Assembly: GCA_964567265.1 (NCBI GenBank)
Contig: CAZMLK010000001.1
Location: 331,723 to 395,722, forward strand
DNA from: an uncultured Candidatus Saccharibacteria bacterium
GTDB taxonomy: Bacteria; Patescibacteriota; Minisyncoccia; Phycocordibacterales; UBA12088
Length of the DNA: 64,000 nucleotides
Direction: 5' to 3'
The notes beneath the pieces are model-generated. The model searched no databases and was not told where the DNA came from. It saw nothing but the letters and a program-made list of their open reading frames with translations. Both the position numbers and the translations under genes were made by a program. Each line of letters starts with the position of its first letter. Positions within the stretch are counted from its first letter, which is position 1. This document shows positions 29,343-38,593 of this stretch, one piece after another.

Positions 29343-30431
29343 ATGTCAAAAGGGAAAGTCTATCTCGGGATGTCGGGCGGTGTTGATTCCTCGGTGTCCG
29401 CAGCGCTGCTTCAAGAACAGGGCTACGACGTCACCGGCATCTTCATCACGGTCTGGCAACCTGATTTCATCGTCTGTACGGCAACTGCCGACCGCCTGGA
29501 CGCGATGCGCGTCTGCGCCGCGCTCGGAATCCCGTTCCGTGACCTCGATCTCACCGACGTATACAAGCGCGAGGTCGTCGATTACATGGTCAGGGAATAT
29601 TCAAGAGGACGTACCCCGAACCCCGACGTGATGTGCAACCAACACGTGAAATTCGGAGCCTTCTTCGAGTGGGCGATCAGGGAGGGTGCTGATTTCGTCG
29701 CGACTGGCCACTACGCGCAGTCGGTCCAGAATCCTGCATCCAAAGCGCACGAACTCCAGGTAAGCAAGGACGTCAACAAGGATCAGACGTATTTCTTGTG
29801 GACGCTCACAATGGCACAGCTCGCGAAGACGCTATTTCCCGTGGGCGGGATGCAAAAAGCAGAAGTGCGCCAGGAGGCGGAGCGGTTCCATCTTCCGACT
29901 GCCACGAAGAAGGATAGCCAAGGCCTGTGCTTCATCGGCAAGCTCGACCTGAAGGAATTCCTCTCGCACTTCGTCGAATCGAAGCAGGGAGAAGTTTTGT
30001 CCGTTGCAGGCGCAGTCATCGGTACGCACGACGGCGCGCTATTCTACACGCTCGGGCAGCGACACGGCTTCCACGTTGACGCGAAGACCCCGAGTGATCA
30101 GCCTCTCTACGTCGTCGCCAAGGATGTCGTGGCGAATACCATCACCGTCGGAGACAAGGGGCCCGGGAGCACCGCGGGCGTCACGCATGGCGCGCTCCTG
30201 TCTTCGATCTCGTGGATCAGCGGCGCAGCACCAGATCTTGAGACGCCGATCGAGGCTCGTTTTCGGTACCGACAAAAGCTTTTGCCTGTCACAGTGCATC
30301 CGCGCGGATCAGGCAGCCTTTCTGTCAGGTTCAATGAGGGTGCGGAGTACGTCCCTGTCGGCCAATCCGTTGTCTTTTATCGAGAAGATACTTGCCTCGG
30401 TGGCGGCATCATCGAAGAAACAACAGGCTAG
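29343..30431 (+). CDS. mnmA: tRNA 2-thiouridine(34) synthase MnmA
   Basis: MSKGKVYLGMSGGVDSSV PP-loop, CNQHVKFGAF; ATG 29343 preferred over TTG 29334. Confidence 0.93.
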   Translation: MSKGKVYLGMSGGVDSSVSAALLQEQGYDVTGIFITVWQPDFIVCTATADRLDAMRVCAALGIPFRDLDLTDVYKREVVDYMVREYSRGRTPNPDVMCNQHVKFGAFFEWAIREGADFVATGHYAQSVQNPASKAHELQVSKDVNKDQTYFLWTLTMAQLAKTLFPVGGMQKAEVRQEAERFHLPTATKKDSQGLCFIGKLDLKEFLSHFVESKQGEVLSVAGAVIGTHDGALFYTLGQRHGFHVDAKTPSDQPLYVVAKDVVANTITVGDKGPGSTAGVTHGALLSSISWISGAAPDLETPIEARFRYRQKLLPVTVHPRGSGSLSVRFNEGAEYVPVGQSVVFYREDTCLGGGIIEETTG

Positions 30432-30504
30432 GACTGCCAACAACAGCGCCTTTTCATGGAAAATGCATTCGCGTATACTGTAGCTAACCTACTAGCAACA
30501 GTAT

Positions 30505-30969
30505 ATGACCCAGGAAAATAAACCATTCATCATTCTCGTCGTGCTCGGAGTCGTCGGTGTGCTCTTCTGGATGTATGGGCCGACCATCAAGAATATGAAT
30601 GTCGCTCGGACCGGCGATCTTCCTGCAAGCGCGGTTGACCAGCTCCCGCCACCGCCACCTCCTCCGAGCATCCCCATGACGCCTGCGATCGAGATAGAGG
30701 CAACGCACGTATACGCTGCCGGAACGCACACGATCACCGGTGTCATACACAAGGAAGCCCCATGTGACACGGTCACGACAGGCGTCGTCGTCGGAAAGTC
30801 AGTACCGGAGCAAGTGCTCGTGACGATCACGGATACTCCGTCCAAGAAGGCGTGTGCCGCAAAGACGAGCGATGAGAAATTCACGGTCTCGTTCGCTGCA
30901 GGGCCGGATGCGATGATCAAGCCGGCGTTCAACGGACAGTCAGCCGTCTTCAAGTTCGAAGGCGAATAA
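30505..30969 (+). CDS. membrane-anchored hypothetical protein with poly-Pro linker
   Basis: N-terminal TM, PPPPPPPS linker, C-terminal ~100-aa domain; TATACT promoter at 30473. Confidence 0.6.
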   Translation: MTQENKPFIILVVLGVVGVLFWMYGPTIKNMNVARTGDLPASAVDQLPPPPPPPSIPMTPAIEIEATHVYAAGTHTITGVIHKEAPCDTVTTGVVVGKSVPEQVLVTITDTPSKKACAAKTSDEKFTVSFAAGPDAMIKPAFNGQSAVFKFEGE

Positions 30970-30973
30970 TCTC

Positions 30974-31822
30974 ATGGAAGGAACATTCTTGGTTACAAAA
31001 GCGGACGGCTCTACTGAGCCGTTTGTGGTTGATAAGCTTCGATCCTCGCTTCAGCGCTCCGGGGCGAGTTCTGAGATGATATCGACAATCATCGAGGAGC
31101 TGGATCCGGTTTTCCAGAACGGCATCACGACAGAAGAAATTTATCGCCGCGCATTCCAGCTTTTGAAAAAAGAAGAGCGCGTCACCGCGTCGCGCTACTC
31201 ACTTCGCCGCGCGCTTTTCGGTTTCGGACCGACAGGATTTCCGTTCGAGGATTTCGTTGCCGCCATCTTCAAGGCGAAAGGGTATGAAACGAAGACGCGC
31301 GTGATGCTGAAAGGCCGGTGTGTCGAGCATGAAGTGGACGTTCTCGCGCAAAAGGATGGCAAGACTATCGGCGCTGAGCTCAAGTTCCACAACGACAGTG
31401 CAGTCAAATCGGATGTGAAGATCGCGCTCTACGTGCATGCACGCTTCGAGGACATCCGGCTCGGCTCGGAGGAGGAGCATACGCAGGCACCGGTCACTGA
31501 GCCCTGGCTCATCACGAATACAAAATTCACCGGGCAGGCGATCCAATTCGGCAAATGCGCAGGGCTTACCATGATCGGATGGAGTTATCCCGAGAAGGGC
31601 AATCTGCAGGACCTTATAGAGGAATCCGGCATCCACCCGCTCACCTGCCTCACGACACTCTCGAAGAGCGAGAAAGTCCAATTGTTGTCCCAGGATGTCG
31701 TCCTCTGCAAGGCGCTTCCTGATAATCCTGATCTGCTCCGCAAGATCGGGATGCCGGAGGCAAAGATCAAGAAAGTCCTGGAAGAGAGCACGCTCTTGTG
31801 CCAGCCAGGAGCGGCGCGGTAA
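30974..31822 (+). CDS. ATP-cone domain + restriction endonuclease-fold (Mrr-like PD-(D/E)XK) protein
   Basis: N-terminal LVTKADGSTEPFVVDKLRSSLQRSG..EEIYRRAFQLL (ATP-cone); middle FEDFVAAIFKAKGY..HEVDVLAQKDGKTIGAELKF (D..E.K nuclease core). Confidence 0.8.
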   Translation: MEGTFLVTKADGSTEPFVVDKLRSSLQRSGASSEMISTIIEELDPVFQNGITTEEIYRRAFQLLKKEERVTASRYSLRRALFGFGPTGFPFEDFVAAIFKAKGYETKTRVMLKGRCVEHEVDVLAQKDGKTIGAELKFHNDSAVKSDVKIALYVHARFEDIRLGSEEEHTQAPVTEPWLITNTKFTGQAIQFGKCAGLTMIGWSYPEKGNLQDLIEESGIHPLTCLTTLSKSEKVQLLSQDVVLCKALPDNPDLLRKIGMPEAKIKKVLEESTLLCQPGAAR

Positions 31823-31853
31823 ACTAGGGTATTAGCAATAGTAGGCGTTCCGT

Positions 31854-32417
31854 ATGAACACACAAGCAGTTTCAGGTACGGTTCAGGATGCGGGCACGTC
31901 ATGGGGAATGACTGCGAAGATTGGTGCAGGTTTTGTCGCAGGATTGGTGGTCGGAGGAGTCCTTGGCTGGATGATTTGGCACAATAGCGATGCAGACGGG
32001 ACGACGAATACGGGTTCAAGCGTGCCACGCGGCACCGTGACGGACACCGGAAGCAACACTTCGACGAATACCAGCACGGCAAGCGGACTGGTCCCGGATG
32101 GGTCATTCGTCGTCTCGAAGCAGAAGGCAGGAGACGTCGTTGCCGTTGAGAAAGTTGCATTTGGCGCAGGCGGCGGCTGGGTCGTGATCCGCGATGATGT
32201 CTCCGGCGCAGTCGGGAACGCGCTGGGCGCCCACTGGTTCCCGGAAGGAGCATCGACCGGCGATGTGACCCTGCTTCGAAATACCGAGGCTGGAAAAAGC
32301 TACCACGCGATTTTGTACACCGACGATGGCAATAAGACGTTTTCTCTCCAGGAAGACAAGCCGCTCGTCTCATCCGTGAATGGGAAGCCAATCGAGATAC
32401 TTTTTACAGCTGAATAA
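31854..32417 (+). CDS. membrane-anchored hypothetical protein with Thr/Ser-rich linker
   Basis: TM at ~20-40, TNTGSSVPRGTVTDTGSNTSTNTSTASG linker, beta-rich C-domain. Confidence 0.6.
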   Translation: MNTQAVSGTVQDAGTSWGMTAKIGAGFVAGLVVGGVLGWMIWHNSDADGTTNTGSSVPRGTVTDTGSNTSTNTSTASGLVPDGSFVVSKQKAGDVVAVEKVAFGAGGGWVVIRDDVSGAVGNALGAHWFPEGASTGDVTLLRNTEAGKSYHAILYTDDGNKTFSLQEDKPLVSSVNGKPIEILFTAE

Positions 32418-32419
32418 GC

Positions 32420-32917
32420 ATGGAGCCCTACATCGGCACAACTGAAATCCAGATTTTCCTCCAGCTCATCCTTGCCGTGACGCTTGGACTCCTCCTCGGA
32501 GCAGAGCGCACGCTTGCGGGGAAGAATGCAGGTATGCGGACACACGCGCTTGTCGCACTCGCATCGACGCTCCTCGTCTCGGTCTCAGTTGCGTTGATTT
32601 CCGTCGCGGACGTGAATCCGAATGTTAAATTCGACGTATTCAATGTCGTAAGTGGCATCGTGACGGGTATGGGCTTCATCGGTGCCGGCGCGATCCTTTT
32701 CCGCGACCAGACGCTGAAAGGCCTCACGACTGCAGCCGGCCTCTGGGTGACGGCTGCAATAGGCATCAGCATCGGATTCGGATTCTATGCGGTCGGCATC
32801 TTTGCCGCGTTCCTCACCCTGTTTGTCTTCCGAGTGCTCTGGTTCCTCGAGGATCGCATCAAGGTGCTGGTAAAGCATGACGATATTGAGCCGACAAATG
32901 GATCCGCAAGCAGTTAA
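32420..32917 (+). CDS. MgtC/SapB family membrane protein
   Basis: LGLLLGAERTLAGKNAGMRTHALVAL signature of MgtC family. Confidence 0.8.
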   Translation: MEPYIGTTEIQIFLQLILAVTLGLLLGAERTLAGKNAGMRTHALVALASTLLVSVSVALISVADVNPNVKFDVFNVVSGIVTGMGFIGAGAILFRDQTLKGLTTAAGLWVTAAIGISIGFGFYAVGIFAAFLTLFVFRVLWFLEDRIKVLVKHDDIEPTNGSASS

Positions 32918-32946
32918 GGAAGAAGCGGGTTATTGATACAAATGAA

Positions 32947-32982
32947 CAGAACCCCTGTCTGCGAACGCGGACAGGGGTTCTG
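32947..32982 (+). terminator. terminator hairpin immediately followed by TATACT promoter
   Basis: CAGAACCCCTGTCTGCG-AAC-GCGGACAGGGGTTCTG then GTATACT. Confidence 0.7.
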
Positions 32983-32997
32983 GTATACTGCAGTCAC

Positions 32998-33795
32998 ATG
33001 GCATACGAAAAGAAGAAGGGGCCGCGGAGTGCGGACTGGAATTACGGCGGGCCGAAGTGGCGGCTGTCACGTTCGAAGATAGATGTATTCATGGAGTGCC
33101 AGCGCTGCTTCTATTTAGACAACAAGCTCGGGGTCGCGCGTCCGCGCGGACCTTCATTCACGCTGAATGTCGCCGTAGACGCGCTCCTCAAGAAGGAGTT
33201 CGACATCCTCCGGAAAAACAAGAAGCCGCATCCGCTCATGGAGAAGTATGGCGTCGATGCCATCCCGTTCACGCACAAGGAGCTGGATACCTGGCGCGAG
33301 AACTTCGAGGGCATCCGATATCTCCACGAGCCCACCGGGCTTACCGTATCAGGCGCAGTCGACGATCTCTGGGTGAATCCGAAAGGGGAGCTCCATATCG
33401 TCGATTACAAGGCGACGAGCAAGGAAGAGGGGCCATCGACCGTTGAGGCCCTCTACCCTTCGTACAAGCGCCAGATGGAAATCTACCAGTGGCTGTTCCG
33501 CCAGAACGGATTCCAGGTCTCGCCAATTGCATATTTCGTCTACGTGAACGGGAAATCAGACGCTGCCTCATTCGACGGCAAGCTTGAATTCGACACCGTC
33601 CTCATTCCGTACGAGGGCAACGATTACTGGGTTGAAGGAGTGCTTCCCGAGATCAAGGCACTTCTCGAGTCGGATGCGATCCCTCCTGCGGGAACGGGAT
33701 TCGGCGGCGGCCCGTGCGAATTCTGCGCATATCGCGAGATGGCCGGCAAGATACTCATGCAGAAGCACTATGCAGAAAAAGCAAAAAACAAGTAA
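32998..33795 (+). CDS. PD-(D/E)XK nuclease family protein, Cas4/RecB-like with flanking Cys pairs
   Basis: N-terminal SRSKIDVFMECQRCFY, core IVDYKAT (D..K), C-terminal GGGPCEFCAY. Confidence 0.8.
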   Translation: MAYEKKKGPRSADWNYGGPKWRLSRSKIDVFMECQRCFYLDNKLGVARPRGPSFTLNVAVDALLKKEFDILRKNKKPHPLMEKYGVDAIPFTHKELDTWRENFEGIRYLHEPTGLTVSGAVDDLWVNPKGELHIVDYKATSKEEGPSTVEALYPSYKRQMEIYQWLFRQNGFQVSPIAYFVYVNGKSDAASFDGKLEFDTVLIPYEGNDYWVEGVLPEIKALLESDAIPPAGTGFGGGPCEFCAYREMAGKILMQKHYAEKAKNK

Positions 33796-34063
33796 GGAAG
33801 ATTCATTCACCGAGCGCGTCCGTGCAGTGGTTCGGAAGATCCCGAGGGGAAAGACAATGACGTACGCTGCGGTGGCATCGAAAGTGGGTGCGCCCGGTGC
33901 ATCACGCGCGGTCGGCACTATCATGGCGAGGAACTTCGACCCCGACATCCCGTGCCATCGCGTCATCCGCTCCGACGGCAAGATCGGGCAGTACAACCGC
34001 GGCGGCCCGGCGAAGAAGCGCGCGCTCCTCATCGCTGAGGGAGCACTTCTGGCGGACGCATAA
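33770..34063 (+). CDS. MGMT-family protein (methylated-DNA-protein-cysteine methyltransferase DNA-binding domain only)
   Basis: IPCHRVIRSDG active-site PCHR motif, helix-turn-helix YAAVASKVGAPGASRAVG; overlaps preceding gene by 26 nt in another frame. Confidence 0.8.
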   Translation: MQKKQKTSKEDSFTERVRAVVRKIPRGKTMTYAAVASKVGAPGASRAVGTIMARNFDPDIPCHRVIRSDGKIGQYNRGGPAKKRALLIAEGALLADA

Positions 34064-34164
34064 CCACAGCCCAAGAAGCGATACTGGAGCATCCGCGCCC
34101 AAGTTCGCAAAAAGCGAAGCACATGCTAGGCTTTTTGGTATTGCCAGCACTCACATAATCCCGC

Positions 34165-36132
34165 ATGACCACGAAAAAACACACCATTCCGAGCCTCAAG
34201 GATGTCGACACGAGCGTCCGTCCACAGGATGATTTCTACGCCTACGCGGTCGGCAAGTGGCTCGCGAAGAACCCCATTCCGAAGACGGAGTCGCGCTGGG
34301 GAAGCTTCCATATTCTCCGCGAGAACAGCAAGGACCAGCTCCATGCGATCGCGCTCGAGGTCGCGAAGGACGCACGTGCCAAGAAGGGATCGCCCGAGCA
34401 GCTGGTTCGGGATTTTTGGATATCTGGGATGGACGAAGCTGCGCGTGAGAAGCTCGGGAGCGCACCGCTCATTCCGATCTTCAAGAAGATAGACGCGCTC
34501 AAGAGTGAAAAAGACATCGTGCCATTCATCGCCGAAGCCCACAAGATGGGCATTGATGCGCTCTGGGGCGCGTACGTGGGGCCTGATGACAAGCGGAGCG
34601 AGCGGAATATCTTCCACCTCTACCAGTCCGGCATCTCACTTCCGGACCGCGATTACTATATAAAGACCGATCCTGATTCGATCCGCATCCGCGAGGCCTA
34701 TCTGAAGCACGGCACCAAGATGTTCGAGTTGGTCGGGCTCTCCAGGAAGGAGGCCGCCATGGCGATGCGGATCGTCCTCCAGATCGAGACCTCGCTCGCG
34801 GAAGCGTCGATGACCGGCGTCGAGCGCCGGGATGTCGAGAAGCAGTACAACAAGCGGAGCGTGAAGAAGCTCGTCTCCGAAGCGCCGCTCGATTGGGCAA
34901 CCTATCTGAAGCGTCTCGGCGCCGGTTCGGTCAAGGAACTGATCGTCGCGCAGCCGTTGTTTATGAAGCGCGCAAGCGAGCTCCTCCAGACCATATCGCT
35001 TCCGGAGTGGAAGATATACTTGAAATGGCAGGCGATCGATGAGTTCGCACCCTTTCTCAGCACACCGTTCCTAACGGAGCACTTCAATTTCTACGGAAGG
35101 ACGCTTTCCGGCACCAAGGAGATACAGCCACTCTGGAAGCGAACCATCGCGGTCATCGACGCATCCGTCGGGGATGCGCTCGGGAAGCTCTACGTCGCGA
35201 AGCACTTCAACGCCGAAGCGGAGCGGAAAATCAACGCGCTCGTTGATAATCTCTTCGACACCTATGCCGCGCGCATCAAGACGCTCGACTGGATGAGCGC
35301 GCCCACCAAGAAGAAGGCGCTCGCGAAGCTCTGGCAGATCAACCGCAAGCTCGGGCACACGAAGAAATGGAAGACCTATGCGGGCCTCGACATCAAGCCG
35401 AATGATTTCATCGGCAATCTCTCACGTTCTCACACGCTCGCGCTCAAGCGGATGCTCAAGAAGATCGGAAAGGCACCTGATCGCACGGAATGGCACATGA
35501 CGCCGCCGACCGTGAATGCCTACTATTGGCCGAACATGAATGAGATCGCTTTTCCTGCGGGCATCATGCAGCCCCCGTTCTTCGATCCGGCTGCTCCCGA
35601 CGCCATCAATTACGGCGCGATCGGTTCCGTGATCGGGCACGAGCTCACACATGGATTCGACGACCAGGGCTGCCAATTCGACGGCAAGGGGAACTTCAAG
35701 AACTGGTGGACCGCGGATGATGCTGCGAAGTTCGCAAAGAAAACAAAGATGCTCGTGAAGCAGTACGATGATTTCGTTGCTGTCGGGGACATGCATGTCA
35801 ACGGGAAGCTGACGCTCGGCGAAAACATCGCAGACCTCGGGGGCGTCGTCATCGCATTCGAAGCCATGCAGCGCGCTCTCAAAGGCAAGAAGATTGAACT
35901 CGTGAACGGCTTCACGCCAGAACAACTGTTCTTCATAGGATACTCCTTCACTGAAGCCACGAACACGCGGCCGGAGGCCCTGAAGCGCCAGGTCATCACG
36001 GATCCGCACTCGCCGTCACCCTTCCGGGTAAATGGACCCTTGGCGCACGCTGAGGAGTTCTACAAGGCATTCGATGTGAAATCCGGAGACAAGCTTTTCC
36101 GCAAGCCAAGCGATCGCGTGAAGATCTGGTAA
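34165..36132 (+). CDS. M13 family zinc metallopeptidase (neprilysin/PepO-like)
   Basis: HELTHGFDDQG HExxH, GENIADLGG, 655 aa. Confidence 0.92.
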   Translation: MTTKKHTIPSLKDVDTSVRPQDDFYAYAVGKWLAKNPIPKTESRWGSFHILRENSKDQLHAIALEVAKDARAKKGSPEQLVRDFWISGMDEAAREKLGSAPLIPIFKKIDALKSEKDIVPFIAEAHKMGIDALWGAYVGPDDKRSERNIFHLYQSGISLPDRDYYIKTDPDSIRIREAYLKHGTKMFELVGLSRKEAAMAMRIVLQIETSLAEASMTGVERRDVEKQYNKRSVKKLVSEAPLDWATYLKRLGAGSVKELIVAQPLFMKRASELLQTISLPEWKIYLKWQAIDEFAPFLSTPFLTEHFNFYGRTLSGTKEIQPLWKRTIAVIDASVGDALGKLYVAKHFNAEAERKINALVDNLFDTYAARIKTLDWMSAPTKKKALAKLWQINRKLGHTKKWKTYAGLDIKPNDFIGNLSRSHTLALKRMLKKIGKAPDRTEWHMTPPTVNAYYWPNMNEIAFPAGIMQPPFFDPAAPDAINYGAIGSVIGHELTHGFDDQGCQFDGKGNFKNWWTADDAAKFAKKTKMLVKQYDDFVAVGDMHVNGKLTLGENIADLGGVVIAFEAMQRALKGKKIELVNGFTPEQLFFIGYSFTEATNTRPEALKRQVITDPHSPSPFRVNGPLAHAEEFYKAFDVKSGDKLFRKPSDRVKIW

Positions 36133-36192
36133 GAAATTGACTCTCTTCCTCCGCTCCACTAGGCTGAGTACAGCAGAAACCAGTTCGAAAGG

Positions 36193-36549
36193 GTGCGTAT
36201 CGTGGAAAGACGCAGAGGCTACTGTGCACCGATGTCTGAATCAGACGGCGTCCCGAATCCGGGATCCGCGCGCTTCGTGCTCGATTTACGGGACGGCAGC
36301 TCCGTCGTGGCAAGCGAGCAACACGTAGGGTTGATCGAGTATTCGCTTGATGCCAACGGATGCGTGATCGATGCGAAGCCATGCACCGTCGATGACCTGA
36401 CCGCCGATGAGCGATATTTTTACGAGGAGATGATTACGGAGCCCATGACAACGGAGCAGCACACCATTTTTGACGCTATTTGGGGCGACGAAGTCGCTCC
36501 AGACTATGGCAGTGAACACGGTGGAGGATTACTCGGTCCAATAAAATAG
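36193..36549 (+). CDS. small hypothetical protein
   Basis: GTG start at 36193 or ATG at 36232; acidic C-terminus; no family motif. Confidence 0.45.
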   Translation: MRIVERRRGYCAPMSESDGVPNPGSARFVLDLRDGSSVVASEQHVGLIEYSLDANGCVIDAKPCTVDDLTADERYFYEEMITEPMTTEQHTIFDAIWGDEVAPDYGSEHGGGLLGPIK

Positions 36550-36557
36550 TGTCGCAT

Positions 36558-36596
36558 ATCGCCGAGGGCTCGTGCCCTCGGCGATCATCGTTTTTC
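36558..36596 (+). terminator. rho-independent terminator
   Basis: ATCGCCGAGGGC-TCGT-GCCCTCGGCGAT then CATCGTTTTTC. Confidence 0.8.
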
Positions 36597-36623
36597 AGAA
36601 AAAGATATGCTAGACTCGCGAGT

Positions 36624-38540
36624 ATGACAGTCGACGAGATACGTACGAAATATCTGGCTTTCTATAAGGCGCGCGGGCACGCAGTCCTCCCGTCTGCTTC
36701 GCTTGTGCCGGCAAATGACCCGACCACGCTGTTTACCGGAAGCGGCATGCAGCCGCTAGTCCCATATCTCCTCGGCAAGGATCATTCGGAGGGAACGCGG
36801 CTCGTGAACTCGCAGAAGGCATTCCGCTCCGGCGACATCGAGGAAGTCGGCGACAATCGCCATACGACTTTTTTCGAGATGCTTGGCAACTGGTCGCTCG
36901 GCGATTATTTCAAGCAGGAGCAGCTGCCATGGGTCTTCGAGTTCCTCACGAATGCGGATGAGGGAGTCGGACTTGACCCACGCAAGCTCTACGTCACCGT
37001 TTTCAGAGGAGATGAGAAGAACGAGGTGCCGCGCGACACTGAATCAGTGGACATCTGGAAAATGCTTTTTGCGGAGAAGGGGATCGAGGCGAACGTCGTC
37101 GAGATTGGCTCCGAGGAGCATGGCTACGAGGTCGGCATGCAGGGCGGCCGCATCTTCTATTACGATGCAAAGAAGAACTGGTGGAGCCGCGCAGGAGTCC
37201 CGGAAAAGATGCCGGCCGGCGAGCCCGGCGGCCCGGACTCCGAGATCTTCTATGATTTTGGAACGCCGCATGATCCGAAATGGGGCGCGGAATGCCATCC
37301 GAACTGCGATTGCGGGCGCTTTCTCGAGATCGGCAACTCGGTGTTCATGCAGTACATCAAGAAAGAAGACGGCTCCTTCGCGCTTCTTCCCAAGCAGAAT
37401 GTCGACTTTGGCGGCGGCTTGGAGCGTATCGCGGCGGCTTCGAACGGGAATCCTGATGTATTCCTCGCTGATATCTTTGAAAGCGTGATTGGGGATCTAG
37501 AGGCGAAGTCCGGAAAGAAATATGGGATATCAGATAAGGACACGAAAGCCTTCCGCGTCGTCGCGGATCATATCCGTGCCGCCGTATTCCTGATCGTTGA
37601 CGGCGTCCAGCCTTCAAACTCGGACCAGGGCTATTTCGTCCGCCGCCTGCTTCGGCGGGCGGTCCGGTTCGCGGATGCACTTGGAGTCCCGGAAAACCAG
37701 CTTTCAGAAATCGCTGGCATGGTCGTGCACGCCTATGGTCACGCCTATTTCATTTTGGATATTCATCTGCCGCTTGTCATCGGCACCGTAAGCGCTGAGG
37801 AAGAGCGCTTCCGCCAGACGCTCAAGCAGGGGATGCGTGAATTCGAAAAACTGTCGAAAGGAGACACGGTTTCGGGCCAGGATGCGTACGTGCTCTTCAC
37901 GACGCATGGCTTCCCGATCGAGCTCACGGAAGAAATCGCCCTCGAGCGCGGCGCGAAAGTAGATATGGATGCATTCAAGGCAGCGATGACGAAGCATCGC
38001 GACGATTCTCGTGCAGGCGCGGAGCAGAAGTTCAAGGGCGGACTCGCCGATACTTCCGAGGCCACCACACGCCTCCACACCGCGCATCATCTCCTCCTTA
38101 AGGCGCTTCAACAGGTCCTCGGAGATCACGTCCACCAGCGCGGCTCCAATATCACGGCTGAACGGCTTCGCATCGATTTCTCACACAGCGAGAAAATGAC
38201 TCCGGAACAGATCGCCGAGGTTGAAAAGATCGTAAATGAGAAAATCGAAGAGGGGATTCCGATGATCCGTTCGGTCTTGCCGAAGGAAGAAGCTGAAAAA
38301 TTGGGAGCTGAGCACGAATTCGGCGCTAAATATCCTGATACGGTATCAGTCTATTCCCTCGGTCCCATCGATGCGACTGAAACAAATCCTCGTTTTGAGC
38401 AGGCATTCTCTATTGAATTCTGCGGAGGCCCGCACGTTGCAAACACTTCTGAGCTCGCAGAATCAGGCCGCTTCAAGATCCAGAAGGAAGAAGCATCGTC
38501 GGCAGGCATTCGTCGCATCAAAGCCGTGTTGACAAAGTAG
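36624..38540 (+). CDS. alaS: alanine--tRNA ligase (short form, ~638 aa)
   Basis: MTVDEIRTKYLAFYKARGHAVLPSASLVPANDPTTLFTGSGM class II AlaRS N-terminus; editing-domain HxxxH (TAHHLLLKAL..GDHVHQRGS); listed ORF start 36549 spans the upstream terminator. Confidence 0.92.
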   Translation: MTVDEIRTKYLAFYKARGHAVLPSASLVPANDPTTLFTGSGMQPLVPYLLGKDHSEGTRLVNSQKAFRSGDIEEVGDNRHTTFFEMLGNWSLGDYFKQEQLPWVFEFLTNADEGVGLDPRKLYVTVFRGDEKNEVPRDTESVDIWKMLFAEKGIEANVVEIGSEEHGYEVGMQGGRIFYYDAKKNWWSRAGVPEKMPAGEPGGPDSEIFYDFGTPHDPKWGAECHPNCDCGRFLEIGNSVFMQYIKKEDGSFALLPKQNVDFGGGLERIAAASNGNPDVFLADIFESVIGDLEAKSGKKYGISDKDTKAFRVVADHIRAAVFLIVDGVQPSNSDQGYFVRRLLRRAVRFADALGVPENQLSEIAGMVVHAYGHAYFILDIHLPLVIGTVSAEEERFRQTLKQGMREFEKLSKGDTVSGQDAYVLFTTHGFPIELTEEIALERGAKVDMDAFKAAMTKHRDDSRAGAEQKFKGGLADTSEATTRLHTAHHLLLKALQQVLGDHVHQRGSNITAERLRIDFSHSEKMTPEQIAEVEKIVNEKIEEGIPMIRSVLPKEEAEKLGAEHEFGAKYPDTVSVYSLGPIDATETNPRFEQAFSIEFCGGPHVANTSELAESGRFKIQKEEASSAGIRRIKAVLTK

Positions 38541-38593
38541 CCGTTCACTATAGATTTGAGATAGAGATTCACAACCCTAGAGGGAGAATTCTG

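Noticed and set aside
36549-36623. N-terminal extension of alaS ORF (MSHIAEGSCPRRSSFFRKRYARLAS)
   Set aside because: It spans an obvious rho-independent terminator (36558-36596) and a TGCTAGACT -10. The conserved AlaRS N-terminus begins at ATG 36624.
36550-36623. T-box leader upstream of alaS, or 55183-55231 upstream of trpS
   Set aside because: The intergenic regions are under 80 nt, far too short for a T-box riboswitch. No specifier or antiterminator elements are present.
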